In this document: piece by piece, positions 8,638 to 18,093 of the stretch
How positions within the stretch are numbered: position 1 is the first letter of the stretch
Layout of the letters: each line of letters starts with the position of its first letter
DNA from: Bacillota bacterium
Lineage (GTDB): Bacteria; Bacillota; Sulfobacillia; RBS10-35; JAJYVN01
Direction of reading: 5' to 3'
DNA: 64,000 nucleotides
NCBI GenBank assembly: GCA_021803205.1
Contig: JAJZMB010000053.1
Location: 13,837-77,836, forward strand
Translations under genes and position numbers: made by a program
The notes under the pieces: model-generated
The model's database searches: none
Told to the model about the DNA's origin: nothing
Seen by the model: only the letters and a program-made list of their open reading frames with translations

Positions 8638-10317
8638 ATGCCGGAGTCGCCGTGGCAGGTCCCTGACCTTGACGGACTCGCGGCGGAACTCGGGGCCATC
8701 CGCATGCTGGCGGGACTTCACCCGGCGCCGCCGGAGGAGGAGCTCCGGCATGTCGCGGCCGGGCTCCTCTCCCTCCTGCCGGCGGCGGGCTCCCCGAAAG
8801 CATGGGCCTGGGATCTGGAACCGGCGGTATACTTCGATCCCACCCTGCCGTTCGCGGGGGTGGTGGCCAACCCCTGGCCGGATTCCCCCGCCACCGCCGG
8901 GCGCGGGGCAACGCCGGGCCGTCCCCAGGGCACCGGGAGCCTCAGTGCGGACCTCGCCGCGGCCGCGGCCGGGGTGAAGCCCGAGAGGATCGCCGACGCC
9001 TACCGCTTGCGCATCGCGGAGCGCAACACGGACTTGAACGCCTTTCTGACCGTTTGCGCACCTGGGGACATGCAGGCTTTGCCCCATCCGCAGCAGGCGC
9101 ACGCACCCCTGCTCGGAGCCTGCCTCGCGGTCAAGGACATCATCGAGACCGAGGGCCTGCGCACCACCGGGGGCTCGGCCCAACGGGAACGTCACGTACC
9201 GGCACGCGACGCCGCCTGCTGGTCGCGCCTGCGCGCCGCCGGGGCGCTGTGCCTCGGCAAGACGAACACACACGAGTTCGCCGCGGGGACGACCAACGAG
9301 AACGAACGCTTCGGGCCCGCAAGAAATCCCCTTGACCTCGGCCGGATCACCGGCGGCAGCAGCGGCGGCAGCGCCGCTGCTGTAGCGGCCGGCCTCGCCT
9401 CTGGCGCCCTTGGCAGCGACACCGGAGGCTCCATCCGCATCCCCGCCGCGTGCTGTGGCGTTGTGGGCCTCAAACCGACGTACGGCCGGGTGAGCCGCGC
9501 CGGGGTCTTCGCCCTGTCCTGGTCGCTGGACCACGTCGGCCCCATCGCCCGCACAGTGCGTGACACCGCCCTGCTCTTCGCCGCGCTGGCCGGCGTCGAT
9601 CCGGCGGATCCGTCCACCCTCCGGGCGCCGGCCCCGCCCTCGGGCTCCGGGCTCGGCCTGCCGCGTGCCGATGGGCTACGTGGGGTGCGCATCGGAGTGC
9701 CGTGGTCCTGGCTGGAGGAGGCCGGGCCCACCGCGGTCGCGACCGGAGGCATCGGCACCTCCCCGGCGGTGCGGACCACATTTGAGCGTACCCTGGACGC
9801 CTGCCGGGCGCTGGGCGCCGCCGTGGTACCTCTCGACCTCGGGTCGGCGGATTTCGCGACGGCGGTCAACCGGCTGATCGCATTGCCGGAGTCGGCCGCC
9901 TGGCACGCACCCCACCTGGGCTCCACTCCCGAGAGGTATGGGCAAGCAGTGCGCGGGCGCCTGCTCGCCGGCCGGTATGTCCTCGCGGAAGCCTACCTGC
10001 AGGCCCAACGCCTGCGCAACCTGCTGTGCCGCCGCTATGCGGCGGTCCTGGCCCTCCCCGGGGGCGTCCACCTGATCGCGACGCCGACCCTGCCCACGAC
10101 GGCGCCGGCCATCGGCGCGCCGCCCCAGGAGGGCCTAGCGTTGCTGCGTTTCTGCGCACCCTTCAACGTCGTCGGTTGGCCGGCGCTCACCCTACCCTGC
10201 GGCCGCACACCCCAAGGCCTGCCGATCGGTCTGCAGATCGCCGCAGCACCCTTCGCGGAAGCCGAACTTCTCTCGGCCGGAGCAACAATGGAAGCGATCG
10301 TCTCCGAATGGGGATAG
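8638..10317 (+). CDS. amidase-signature enzyme with N-terminal GatC/AtzG-like extension
   Basis: Amidase signature GGSSGGSAAAVAAGLASGALGSDTGGSIRIPAA, plus AVKDIIETEG. GGGGAGG lies 6 nt before ATG 8638. A ~110-aa N-terminal extension ends in DLEPAVYFDP. Confidence 0.9.
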   Translation: MPESPWQVPDLDGLAAELGAIRMLAGLHPAPPEEELRHVAAGLLSLLPAAGSPKAWAWDLEPAVYFDPTLPFAGVVANPWPDSPATAGRGATPGRPQGTGSLSADLAAAAAGVKPERIADAYRLRIAERNTDLNAFLTVCAPGDMQALPHPQQAHAPLLGACLAVKDIIETEGLRTTGGSAQRERHVPARDAACWSRLRAAGALCLGKTNTHEFAAGTTNENERFGPARNPLDLGRITGGSSGGSAAAVAAGLASGALGSDTGGSIRIPAACCGVVGLKPTYGRVSRAGVFALSWSLDHVGPIARTVRDTALLFAALAGVDPADPSTLRAPAPPSGSGLGLPRADGLRGVRIGVPWSWLEEAGPTAVATGGIGTSPAVRTTFERTLDACRALGAAVVPLDLGSADFATAVNRLIALPESAAWHAPHLGSTPERYGQAVRGRLLAGRYVLAEAYLQAQRLRNLLCRRYAAVLALPGGVHLIATPTLPTTAPAIGAPPQEGLALLRFCAPFNVVGWPALTLPCGRTPQGLPIGLQIAAAPFAEAELLSAGATMEAIVSEWG

Positions 10318-10543
10318 GCTTGGACCGGCGGATGGCGAATTGTTTTCTGTTCAGATGCACGGGACCGCAGTCAGGGCGGATGCGACGTCGCCCGCGGCAG
10401 GGCCGAGCAAGCGTACCATCCTCGGGCATATGTGACATCGCGGCATTGGCCCGGGATCCTGCCCGCGCCCGCGCTGCCCCAGTGGTCCGTCCCCGCCGGG
10501 AGGCCCGCCGGCACGGCGGCCCCCGAAGGAGGTTGCCCCCATC

Positions 10544-11407
10544 ATGGCCCTACTTTCAGTGTCGACCTGGGCCCTCAACCGTCAACTGGGCCCGCTGCGC
10601 TGGACGAAGTGGGATCCATCGGCGCAACGCCCGGTCTCGCACCCTGAGGACCGCCCGCAGACGCTGCCATTGCTCTCCCTCCCGGAGCGGCTGCGCGCCA
10701 TGGGACTCCAAGCGTGCGAGCTAGGGCACTTTCACCTGCCCGCACCGGAATCCCTGGACCCCGCTTACGCCGCAGAGGTGCGCCAGGCCTTCGCCGAGGC
10801 CGGGGTGGTACTGTGGAGCCTCCTGGTGGATTATGGAGACCTGAGTTCCGCCGATCCGCGGCGCCGCGAGGCAGACCAGCGTTATATCGCCGAGTGGATC
10901 CGGCTTGGTGCCGCCCTGGGGGCGCGGCACGTGCGGGCGGTGGCAGGTGAGGGGAGTCCCGACGACCCCGCGGCGGTGGATCGGGCGATCGCCGCTCTCG
11001 GAACCCTGGCGGACGCCGGGCGCGCGGTGGGCGTGGGCCTCCTCACCGAGAACTTCCGCCGTCTGTGCTCCACGGCGGAGGTCTGCACAGCGATCTGCCG
11101 CCACCTTGAGGGCCGCGTGCACCTTACCGCTGACTTCGGAAACTTCCCCAGGGCCAGTCGAACGGCCTCGCTGGCGGCGATCCTCCCTTACGCGCGCTCC
11201 GCCCACGCCAAGCCGGAGTGCGACCGCGACGGCAACCTCGACGGCGTGGAGTTCGGCCGCCTCCTGGACATCGCCGCCGACGCCGGCTTCGACGGCGCCT
11301 ACACCGCCGTCTACGAAGGCCCGGGCGACCAGTGGGACGGCGTGGCACGAACTGCAGATCTCATCCGCGCCCATCCCCGGGCACTGCGGGCGGCGGACCC
11401 GGCGTAG
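10544..11407 (+). CDS. sugar phosphate isomerase/epimerase (xylose isomerase-like TIM barrel)
   Basis: Pattern GARHVRAVAG...LLTENF...LTADFGNF...AHAKP is typical of the AP-endonuclease-2/xylose-isomerase-like TIM-barrel family. Confidence 0.8.
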   Translation: MALLSVSTWALNRQLGPLRWTKWDPSAQRPVSHPEDRPQTLPLLSLPERLRAMGLQACELGHFHLPAPESLDPAYAAEVRQAFAEAGVVLWSLLVDYGDLSSADPRRREADQRYIAEWIRLGAALGARHVRAVAGEGSPDDPAAVDRAIAALGTLADAGRAVGVGLLTENFRRLCSTAEVCTAICRHLEGRVHLTADFGNFPRASRTASLAAILPYARSAHAKPECDRDGNLDGVEFGRLLDIAADAGFDGAYTAVYEGPGDQWDGVARTADLIRAHPRALRAADPA

Positions 11408-11630
11408 GCATGTGCAGGCAGCGGTTTTCCGACTGCCGGGCGCGGAACGTTCGCAATTCCAACCGTTTTTCGCCTGGCAGGCCAGTATGCGAGGCCGGAA
11501 CGGGCGGCGGCACCGTTCGACGCGCGGGGCCCAGTCTCGGAGCTTCCGGGGAGGCGCGGGAGGCAAACCGGCATGCGACGCCAGCGCGTCGGCCGGCGCA
11601 CAGGGGGTGCCGGAAAAAGGGGGACTCTCG

Positions 11631-13043
11631 TTGCGCGTCGTCTATCTGGACATCGACAGCTTGCGACCGGACCATCTTGGATGCTACGGCTACCGCCGGC
11701 CGACGACGCCGCACATCGACCGCTTGGCCGAACAGGGCGTACGCTTTACGCGTTGTTACACCTCGGACAGCCCCTGCATGCCGTCTCGCGCCGCTCTGTT
11801 CAGCGCCTGCTTCGGCATCCGCAACGGCATCGTCACCCACGGGCCGCGCGCCCAACTCCTGCAGGCTCCCGGACCCAGCCTGCCGCTGCTGCTGCGGAAC
11901 GCCGGACTGCGGACCTGCACCGTCTCGTCCTTTGGCCGACACCCGTCTCCGTGGTTTCTGGTCGGTTGGGACGAGGTCGCGGACCCCACGGGCTGGGGCT
12001 TTCAGGGAGTGCCGGCCTGGGCAAGCGCGGAGCGGGCCATCGCTTGGTTGCGCCGACACGCGACGGAAGACTTCTTCCTACACGTGCACATGTGGGACCC
12101 CCACGGTTGGCGTAATGCGCCGGACGGGTGTCTGCAGGCGGTGACCGCCGACCCCGGCGCGGTTCCCCCGCAATGGCCCACAGCAGAGCAGGTCTCCGCG
12201 CACCAGGGCATGTCCGCTTGGCACAGCGCGCGATCTGCGGGAATGACCGACCGCGCGGCCGTCGAGCGCATGTATGACGGCTACGACGCCCAGGTGCGCT
12301 ACGCCGACCACCACGTGGGTCTGATCCTGAAATGCCTCCACGACCTCGGCATCCTGGACGACACGCTGGTGATCCTTTCGGCGGACCACGGTCAGGAGTT
12401 CGGAGAGCACGGAGTCTATTTTGAACACTGGAGCGTGTACGAGGGGACATCCCGCGTGCCCTTGATCATTCGCTACCCGCGGGCCATCGCCCAGGGGGAG
12501 ACCGATGGCGGGTTGGCGTATCAATTGGATGTGACAGCGACCGTCGCCGAAGCCTTCGGCTTGGCCATTCCTGCCGCCTGGGACAGCCGGTCCCTCTGGC
12601 CGCGCCTGCATGCGCCGGCTGCCGCCGACGGCGGGCGGCCGTACCTCGTCTGCGGCCATGGCCTGTACACGGCGCAAAGGGCAGTCGTGCAGGGCCGGTG
12701 GAAGTTGATCAGGACGCTCAACCCCGGGCACTGGGAGTTGCCTCCGGTGCAACTCTTCGACCTCACGGTCGATCCCTGGGAGCAACACGACCTGGGCGGC
12801 GAGCGCGCCGATGTGGTCCAAGCGCTGAGCGGACTACTGAACGACTGGGAGTACACCCACCCGTCACCTGGCGGGGTGGACCCGATGCGGGTGAACGCTA
12901 CGCTGGGGCCACAGGGCATCATGGGCCCGGCGGCCCGGCGGATGCGGGAGGCAACCGACGGTCCCAGCCGCACACTGCGGCTTGCAACGGAGGAACGCAA
13001 ACCGGAGGTCGACTTCTCGGCTGCCGCGGGTTGGTGGGCCTGA
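11631..13043 (+). CDS. Cys-type sulfatase
   Basis: VVYLDIDSLRPDHLGCYG, with the formylglycine motif SPCMPSRAALFS (CMPSR at 11775-11789). TTG 11631 lies 7 nt after AAAGGGGG. Confidence 0.88.
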   Translation: MRVVYLDIDSLRPDHLGCYGYRRPTTPHIDRLAEQGVRFTRCYTSDSPCMPSRAALFSACFGIRNGIVTHGPRAQLLQAPGPSLPLLLRNAGLRTCTVSSFGRHPSPWFLVGWDEVADPTGWGFQGVPAWASAERAIAWLRRHATEDFFLHVHMWDPHGWRNAPDGCLQAVTADPGAVPPQWPTAEQVSAHQGMSAWHSARSAGMTDRAAVERMYDGYDAQVRYADHHVGLILKCLHDLGILDDTLVILSADHGQEFGEHGVYFEHWSVYEGTSRVPLIIRYPRAIAQGETDGGLAYQLDVTATVAEAFGLAIPAAWDSRSLWPRLHAPAAADGGRPYLVCGHGLYTAQRAVVQGRWKLIRTLNPGHWELPPVQLFDLTVDPWEQHDLGGERADVVQALSGLLNDWEYTHPSPGGVDPMRVNATLGPQGIMGPAARRMREATDGPSRTLRLATEERKPEVDFSAAAGWWA

Positions 13044-13097
13044 TTCCAGCGCGAGGACGGACCGTGCGGCCGTGTGCGTGGCCGCACGGTCGGACGC

Positions 13098-14564
13098 TCA
13101 CTCCCCGTGGTACAGCCCACCGAAATAGGTGCGCCAACCCGGCGGGGCCGGATGGGCGTCCGTCACACGATAGTCCCGGGGCAGCGGCTCGCGGCCCTCA
13201 GTACCCAACCAGGCTACGAGCGCCGGATCGAGCCCGCGGCGCGCGATCTCCTCCACTGCCGCCTGACGCAGCCGAACCACGGTGTCGGGGTGGTCCGCAG
13301 CCACGTTCACTGTTTCCCCCAAGCGCCGCAGTTCACAGCGCCCGGGGTCGGCGGCGACGCCCAGGGCCCATTCCGTGTCGAAGGCTGAGAACAGGACCCC
13401 GGCGCTGCGCTGCTTCCAGGTATGGACGGCCGTGCCGCATAGCGCGAGCGAGCGTGGGGCCTGCCCGGCCTGGGCCGTCTGCAGGAGATCGTGGGAGACG
13501 ACCCCCTCCGGGGGCCGGCCCCCCGCGATGCGCAGCAGCGTGGCGAAGATATCCTGAGACTGCACCAGCGCCGAACTTGTACCGGCCCCTGCGTCCGGCA
13601 CGTGGACCAGCAGCGGGACATGGGCCTCGTTCTCCAACGGCGGCGCGGCCTTCCCGAAGGGAGAGTCCTGCCGGTCCCCGACATTGGTGCCGTGATCCCC
13701 GAGCAGGACGACGGCGGTCCGGGCGGCGAGGCCCGTTTCCTCCAGCGTGTCGAGAAACGCGCCCAGCCAGCGGTCCATGAACGTCACCTTGGCGGCGTAC
13801 TGCGCCTTGAGGTTGGCGACTGCGCGCGGCGAGAGGTCGGGGCGGTTGCGGCCCGGGGAGAAGGAGCGCGGGTCCAGCCTGCCGTCGTAGCCCGGGGTCC
13901 GGTCATAGAGCCGCACATACTCCGGCGGCGAGTCCCACGGCTCGTGGGGATCGAAGCAGTCGAGCCAGAGGAAGAAGTTGTCGCGGATGACGTTCTCACG
14001 CAAGAAGTGCGATGCCGTGGTGAACAGGCGCGCCACGTTCCAGTCTTCCTCGCGCAACCGGCCCCGGTTGGTCGGCACATATCCGGCCCCCGGGTTCCAA
14101 CCGCGCCGCAGCACCGTCTCCTCGTCGCGCGGCAGCGGGTCGAACATGGGATCCAGCCGCCAGTTGGGCAGGTACGACCAATCGTCGGTGATCCAGGCCC
14201 GATCGACCTCCGCGCCGCGCACCTGCGTCCAGGCATGGAACGGGAAGTCGAAGGCATGACCGCCGTTGACCAGATGCGGGGTATCGTGGATCAACTGCGT
14301 GCAGTAGCCGAGCTCGGAGAGGGCCCGTGGCAGCGTCGGCCGGTCGAAATCCAATGGCTTCCACGGATGGAATGGAGCGCCGTAACGACCCGTCATGAGG
14401 TCGGTGCGCAGCGGAATAGTCGGAAAGCTGCCGGCGAAGGCCCGCTGAAAGTTCCACGAGCGGGCCGCCAACCGATCCAGGGACGGCGTCGCCACCTCCG
14501 GATGACCGTTGGCGCCAAGATAGTCGAAGCGCAATGTGTCCACAACGATCAGTACAATGTTCAC
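13098..14564 (-). CDS. sulfatase-like alkaline-phosphatase-superfamily hydrolase, Thr at the nucleophile position
   Basis: IVLIVVDTLRFDYLG, with motif FPTIPLRTDLMTGR (TIPLR at 14406-14420). GTG 14564 lies 6 nt after GAGGAGGG. Confidence 0.85.
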   Translation of the reverse strand: MNIVLIVVDTLRFDYLGANGHPEVATPSLDRLAARSWNFQRAFAGSFPTIPLRTDLMTGRYGAPFHPWKPLDFDRPTLPRALSELGYCTQLIHDTPHLVNGGHAFDFPFHAWTQVRGAEVDRAWITDDWSYLPNWRLDPMFDPLPRDEETVLRRGWNPGAGYVPTNRGRLREEDWNVARLFTTASHFLRENVIRDNFFLWLDCFDPHEPWDSPPEYVRLYDRTPGYDGRLDPRSFSPGRNRPDLSPRAVANLKAQYAAKVTFMDRWLGAFLDTLEETGLAARTAVVLLGDHGTNVGDRQDSPFGKAAPPLENEAHVPLLVHVPDAGAGTSSALVQSQDIFATLLRIAGGRPPEGVVSHDLLQTAQAGQAPRSLALCGTAVHTWKQRSAGVLFSAFDTEWALGVAADPGRCELRRLGETVNVAADHPDTVVRLRQAAVEEIARRGLDPALVAWLGTEGREPLPRDYRVTDAHPAPPGWRTYFGGLYHGE

Positions 14565-14613
14565 GGCGACCCTCCTCGCAGGAGGCAGGACCAGGGCCGA
14601 AAATCGGGCCGCT

Positions 14614-15660
14614 CTACGCCTCCACGCTCCGTCCCGTCGCTGCGGATTTGTAGATCGCTTCGATGATGCGCTGGATCTTGACCGCTTCCGCCGGGGTGCT
14701 GATCGGGCTGGCCTCACCGCGAACGGCACGCACAAAGTGTGCCACCTCGCGATGATAGGCCGTTGCCCCCGGCTGCCACGCCGCCGTCTCATTGACCAGC
14801 GTACCGTGCTCCTCGCGATATACCGTGAAGGGGAAGAACTTCACGCCCGCCTTTGTTCCGGCGAGACGGACGTTGAGCTCTTCCATGGGCTCGATGTTGG
14901 CGATGAAGCTCGACTCCAGGATCAAGGCCGCACCGTTCTCGAAGCGGATGAGGGCGTTGCATACGTCCTCGACCGAATACTCCCGATAGTTCCAGGGTCC
15001 CCAGGGCGCGACCCCCGGCTCCTTGTCGCCAAGCTTGGTGTGCGTCACGCCGGTGACGCACACGGGCTCTGGATAGCCCATCACATAGAGGGCCGCGTCC
15101 AGCATGTGCACCCCGATGTCGATCAGGGGACCACCCCCCTGCAGTTCCCTGTTGGTGAAGACCCCCCAACTGGGGATCCCTCGGCGGCGCGTGGCTGTGA
15201 CCCGGCCGGTGTAGATGTCGCCGAAGGCACCCGCGTCAGCGAAGCGCTTCGCCGCGGCCACCTCCGGGTTGAAGCGGTACATGAACCCGAAGGTCAGGAT
15301 CTTCCCGGCGGCCTGCGCGGCCGCCTCCATCGCCCGCGCTTCGTCCGCCGTGATCGCCGGAGGCTTCTCGCAGAGCACGTGGCATCCGGCGGACAGCGCC
15401 GCGATCACTGCCGGGGCATGGAACTTGTTGGGGGTGCACACCGAGACTGCGTCCAGACGCTCGTGGCGCAGCATTTCCTGATAGTCCGTGTAGACACCGG
15501 GCATACCGTGCTCGCGCGCCGTTCGCTCGGCCGTTTCGCGATGCACATCGGCGCACGCCACCAGTTCCACCTCGGAGGCGACAGCTTTGTAACCGGGGAT
15601 GTGTGCCCCGTTGGCGATGCCGCCAGCGCCGATCAGACCGATGCGCAACCTGTCCGCCAA
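14614..15660 (-). CDS. Gfo/Idh/MocA family oxidoreductase
   Basis: N-terminal Rossmann motif RIGLIGAGGIANGAH, then CEKP. TTG 15660 lies 8 nt after GGAGGGG. Confidence 0.88.
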   Translation of the reverse strand: MADRLRIGLIGAGGIANGAHIPGYKAVASEVELVACADVHRETAERTAREHGMPGVYTDYQEMLRHERLDAVSVCTPNKFHAPAVIAALSAGCHVLCEKPPAITADEARAMEAAAQAAGKILTFGFMYRFNPEVAAAKRFADAGAFGDIYTGRVTATRRRGIPSWGVFTNRELQGGGPLIDIGVHMLDAALYVMGYPEPVCVTGVTHTKLGDKEPGVAPWGPWNYREYSVEDVCNALIRFENGAALILESSFIANIEPMEELNVRLAGTKAGVKFFPFTVYREEHGTLVNETAAWQPGATAYHREVAHFVRAVRGEASPISTPAEAVKIQRIIEAIYKSAATGRSVEA

Positions 15661-15829
15661 GTGGTCATCCCCTCCACGCCAGCGCATGCGCGGGCGGCGC
15701 GCCGCCCGCGCCGCCGCTCCGGCAACATCATCCCCAACTGCCCGGCACGGAACCTGGACCGCCCAACCCACCGCACCCGGGCCCCTCCGACCGCCGGGGC
15801 CGCAGATGGACCCGCCTCGGCCCGCCGCA

Positions 15830-17419
15830 TCAGTTGTTCGGCGCTCCGTCCTTGATCCAGTTCTCGATCGTCTGGATCTGGGCCTGGTTGAGGGGCGTGC
15901 CGCCCAGAGGCATGGTCAGCCCGGGGGCCGCCGGATCCTTACCCTCCAGCAGCAGGATGATGTGGCTCTGCGCCGGGTCCTTGACGTTGATCGCCGGCCC
16001 CAGCGTACCGCCCTTCATAATGCCGGCGTAGGTATTGATCTGGAAGTTCGCGAGGTCGCTGCTCGCCGCCCCGGTATGGCACGGCGTGCACTGCGTGTTG
16101 AAGATCGGCAGCAGGTTCTTCTGGTAGGAGGGATGCAGGATGGCCTTGGTGATCACCGGCGCCGGCTGCTCGGATTTCCACCCGGCGTACGTATAGTAGA
16201 GGACGCCGATCGAGAAGAGCGCACCGACGGTCAGCGCGATCGGCCGGTCCTTGGCCCGGTGCGAGGGGTTCCTGTCCAGGAACGGCAGCAGTACAAGCGC
16301 GACCACGATGATCAGCGGCAGGCCGAGAACCAGCAGGTGGTCCTCCAGGGATCCGTGCGCGATCTTCAGGATCTGATAGAAGTTGAGGAAGTACCAGACC
16401 GGCAGCGGCCGGTAGTATGCGGCGACGGCCGGCGGCACATTGACGTAGTTGGCCTGGGCAGTGAGCGGCGCCGCCTTGTTCGCGGCGATGAGCACCAGGA
16501 CCAGGGCCATGCCGGCGGAGTACAGCGCGATATTGGCCACGATGTTCGGCCAGAACGGAACGAACCCCTTCGGGAAGTCCGACACCTGACCGAAGCGGTG
16601 CTTCTTCTTGTATTCCTCGGGCAGGCGGGCCTCGACGTCGACCTGACCGTGGATGATCACCAGCAGCACGTGCAGCCCGATCGTCAGGACCAGGATCAGG
16701 GGCAGCAGCACGACATGGATGGCGAAGAACAGGGTCAGGGTCGAGGCGCATGTGTAGCGGCAGCCGCGCAGGAAGAAGAGCAGGTCGTGCCCGACGAAGG
16801 GTATGTACTTGACCATCGCCGTCGCGACCTGGGTCGCCCAGTAGGACTGCTGGTCCCAGGGCAGCAGGTAGCCGGACAACGCCAGCCCGATCGTACAGGC
16901 CAAGAGGATCAGGCCGGACAGCCATTGGAATTCGCGCGGCGGCTTGTAGGCCCCCACATAAAAGACGCGAGCCATATGCACCGCGAGGGCGATGACCATC
17001 GCGTTGGCGCCCCAGAAATGCAGGTCGCGAACGAAGGCCGTCCACCAGGTGTGCGTCATGGCCAACGTGCTGACATAGGCCGGGAAGGGACTGCCCAAGG
17101 CCGAGCCGTTGTAGTGGGTCATCAGCAGGAGCCCGGTGACGACCTGGTTGACGAACAGGAACAGCAGGATGTCACCCATGTAGTCCAGGGGGTTCATGAA
17201 CCGCGGATGCGGGGCGTTCATCGCCTCCAGCACCAGCGGTTTGAGCCCGGTCTTCTCCAGCCCGAGGCGGACGTTGACATACTTCCACAGCGGAGAACGT
17301 TCCGTCTGCGGATCGAGGACCTCCTCGTTCGGCGCCGCCGGCAGGATGTGCTCCTCGCCGCGCGCGCCGCCGCTCGGGACGCTCTCCTGGGCGTTGGGAC
17401 CCTTCTCCAACTTACTCAC
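15830..17419 (-). CDS. qcrB: menaquinol-cytochrome c reductase, fused cytochrome b6 / subunit IV / cytochrome c
   Basis: Cytochrome b6 motifs (FWGANAMV, LPWDQQSYWAT). A subunit-IV-like TM region (PLPVWYFLNFYQILK). C-terminal heme-c motif CTPCH. The GTG start overlaps the qcrA stop (GTGA). Confidence 0.9.
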   Translation of the reverse strand: MSKLEKGPNAQESVPSGGARGEEHILPAAPNEEVLDPQTERSPLWKYVNVRLGLEKTGLKPLVLEAMNAPHPRFMNPLDYMGDILLFLFVNQVVTGLLLMTHYNGSALGSPFPAYVSTLAMTHTWWTAFVRDLHFWGANAMVIALAVHMARVFYVGAYKPPREFQWLSGLILLACTIGLALSGYLLPWDQQSYWATQVATAMVKYIPFVGHDLLFFLRGCRYTCASTLTLFFAIHVVLLPLILVLTIGLHVLLVIIHGQVDVEARLPEEYKKKHRFGQVSDFPKGFVPFWPNIVANIALYSAGMALVLVLIAANKAAPLTAQANYVNVPPAVAAYYRPLPVWYFLNFYQILKIAHGSLEDHLLVLGLPLIIVVALVLLPFLDRNPSHRAKDRPIALTVGALFSIGVLYYTYAGWKSEQPAPVITKAILHPSYQKNLLPIFNTQCTPCHTGAASSDLANFQINTYAGIMKGGTLGPAINVKDPAQSHIILLLEGKDPAAPGLTMPLGGTPLNQAQIQTIENWIKDGAPNN

Positions 17420-18048
17420 GCCTTGCTCGAGAACCGGATGGTGCCCGGGACGGCTCCGGGGACCCATGCGCCGGTCGTTCCCCACTTGACCGCAAGCGCC
17501 TGCCATTGGGGCGTGCCCCAGGGAACGATGCCGCCGACATAGACCTCCCCGTTCTGCTCGACCACCGTGTGGTAATTGAGCGGGTGCGGCGCCGGCCCGG
17601 CGATGTTGGTGCCCTGGATGCTGTAGACCGAGCCGTGACACGGGCAATCGAAGGTCTGTGTACCGGCCACCCACTGCACCGGACACTGCAGATGGGCGCA
17701 GTGCTCGTCATACGCCGCCAGGGCGCTGCTGCCGGGCACCCGCACCATGTACACGCCATCGGGGAATCCCCCGTCCCCGGTGTAGACCACCAGCTTGACA
17801 TCGCCGGGCTGGAAGTCCTGCGAGGTCCCAACCTTTTGTAGCGTCGAGGCCGACTCCGGCGGCGGCAGCATGAAGCGCTCCGCCACGAAGGCATAGCCCA
17901 AGGCGATCAGGGTGCCGACCGCACCCAGCACGCCGAGGACGAAGCTTCTCCGCCCCGTCTCGGGCACCGAACCCCAACCCCTTTCCTCATCCGCGACCCG
18001 CCTGCGCCGCTCCGGCACCGTGGCTTCAGCGGCAGCCGCATGCGGCAA
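17416..18048 (-). CDS. qcrA: Rieske 2Fe-2S subunit of the bc complex
   Basis: CAHLQC...CPCHGS Rieske boxes. Twin-arginine signal GRRSFVLG followed by a TM helix. Confidence 0.9.
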   Translation of the reverse strand: MPHAAAAEATVPERRRRVADEERGWGSVPETGRRSFVLGVLGAVGTLIALGYAFVAERFMLPPPESASTLQKVGTSQDFQPGDVKLVVYTGDGGFPDGVYMVRVPGSSALAAYDEHCAHLQCPVQWVAGTQTFDCPCHGSVYSIQGTNIAGPAPHPLNYHTVVEQNGEVYVGGIVPWGTPQWQALAVKWGTTGAWVPGAVPGTIRFSSKA

Positions 18049-18093
18049 TCATGCGCAAAACACGGAAAGTCTAGCGCGGGCGCCCATAGAGTC

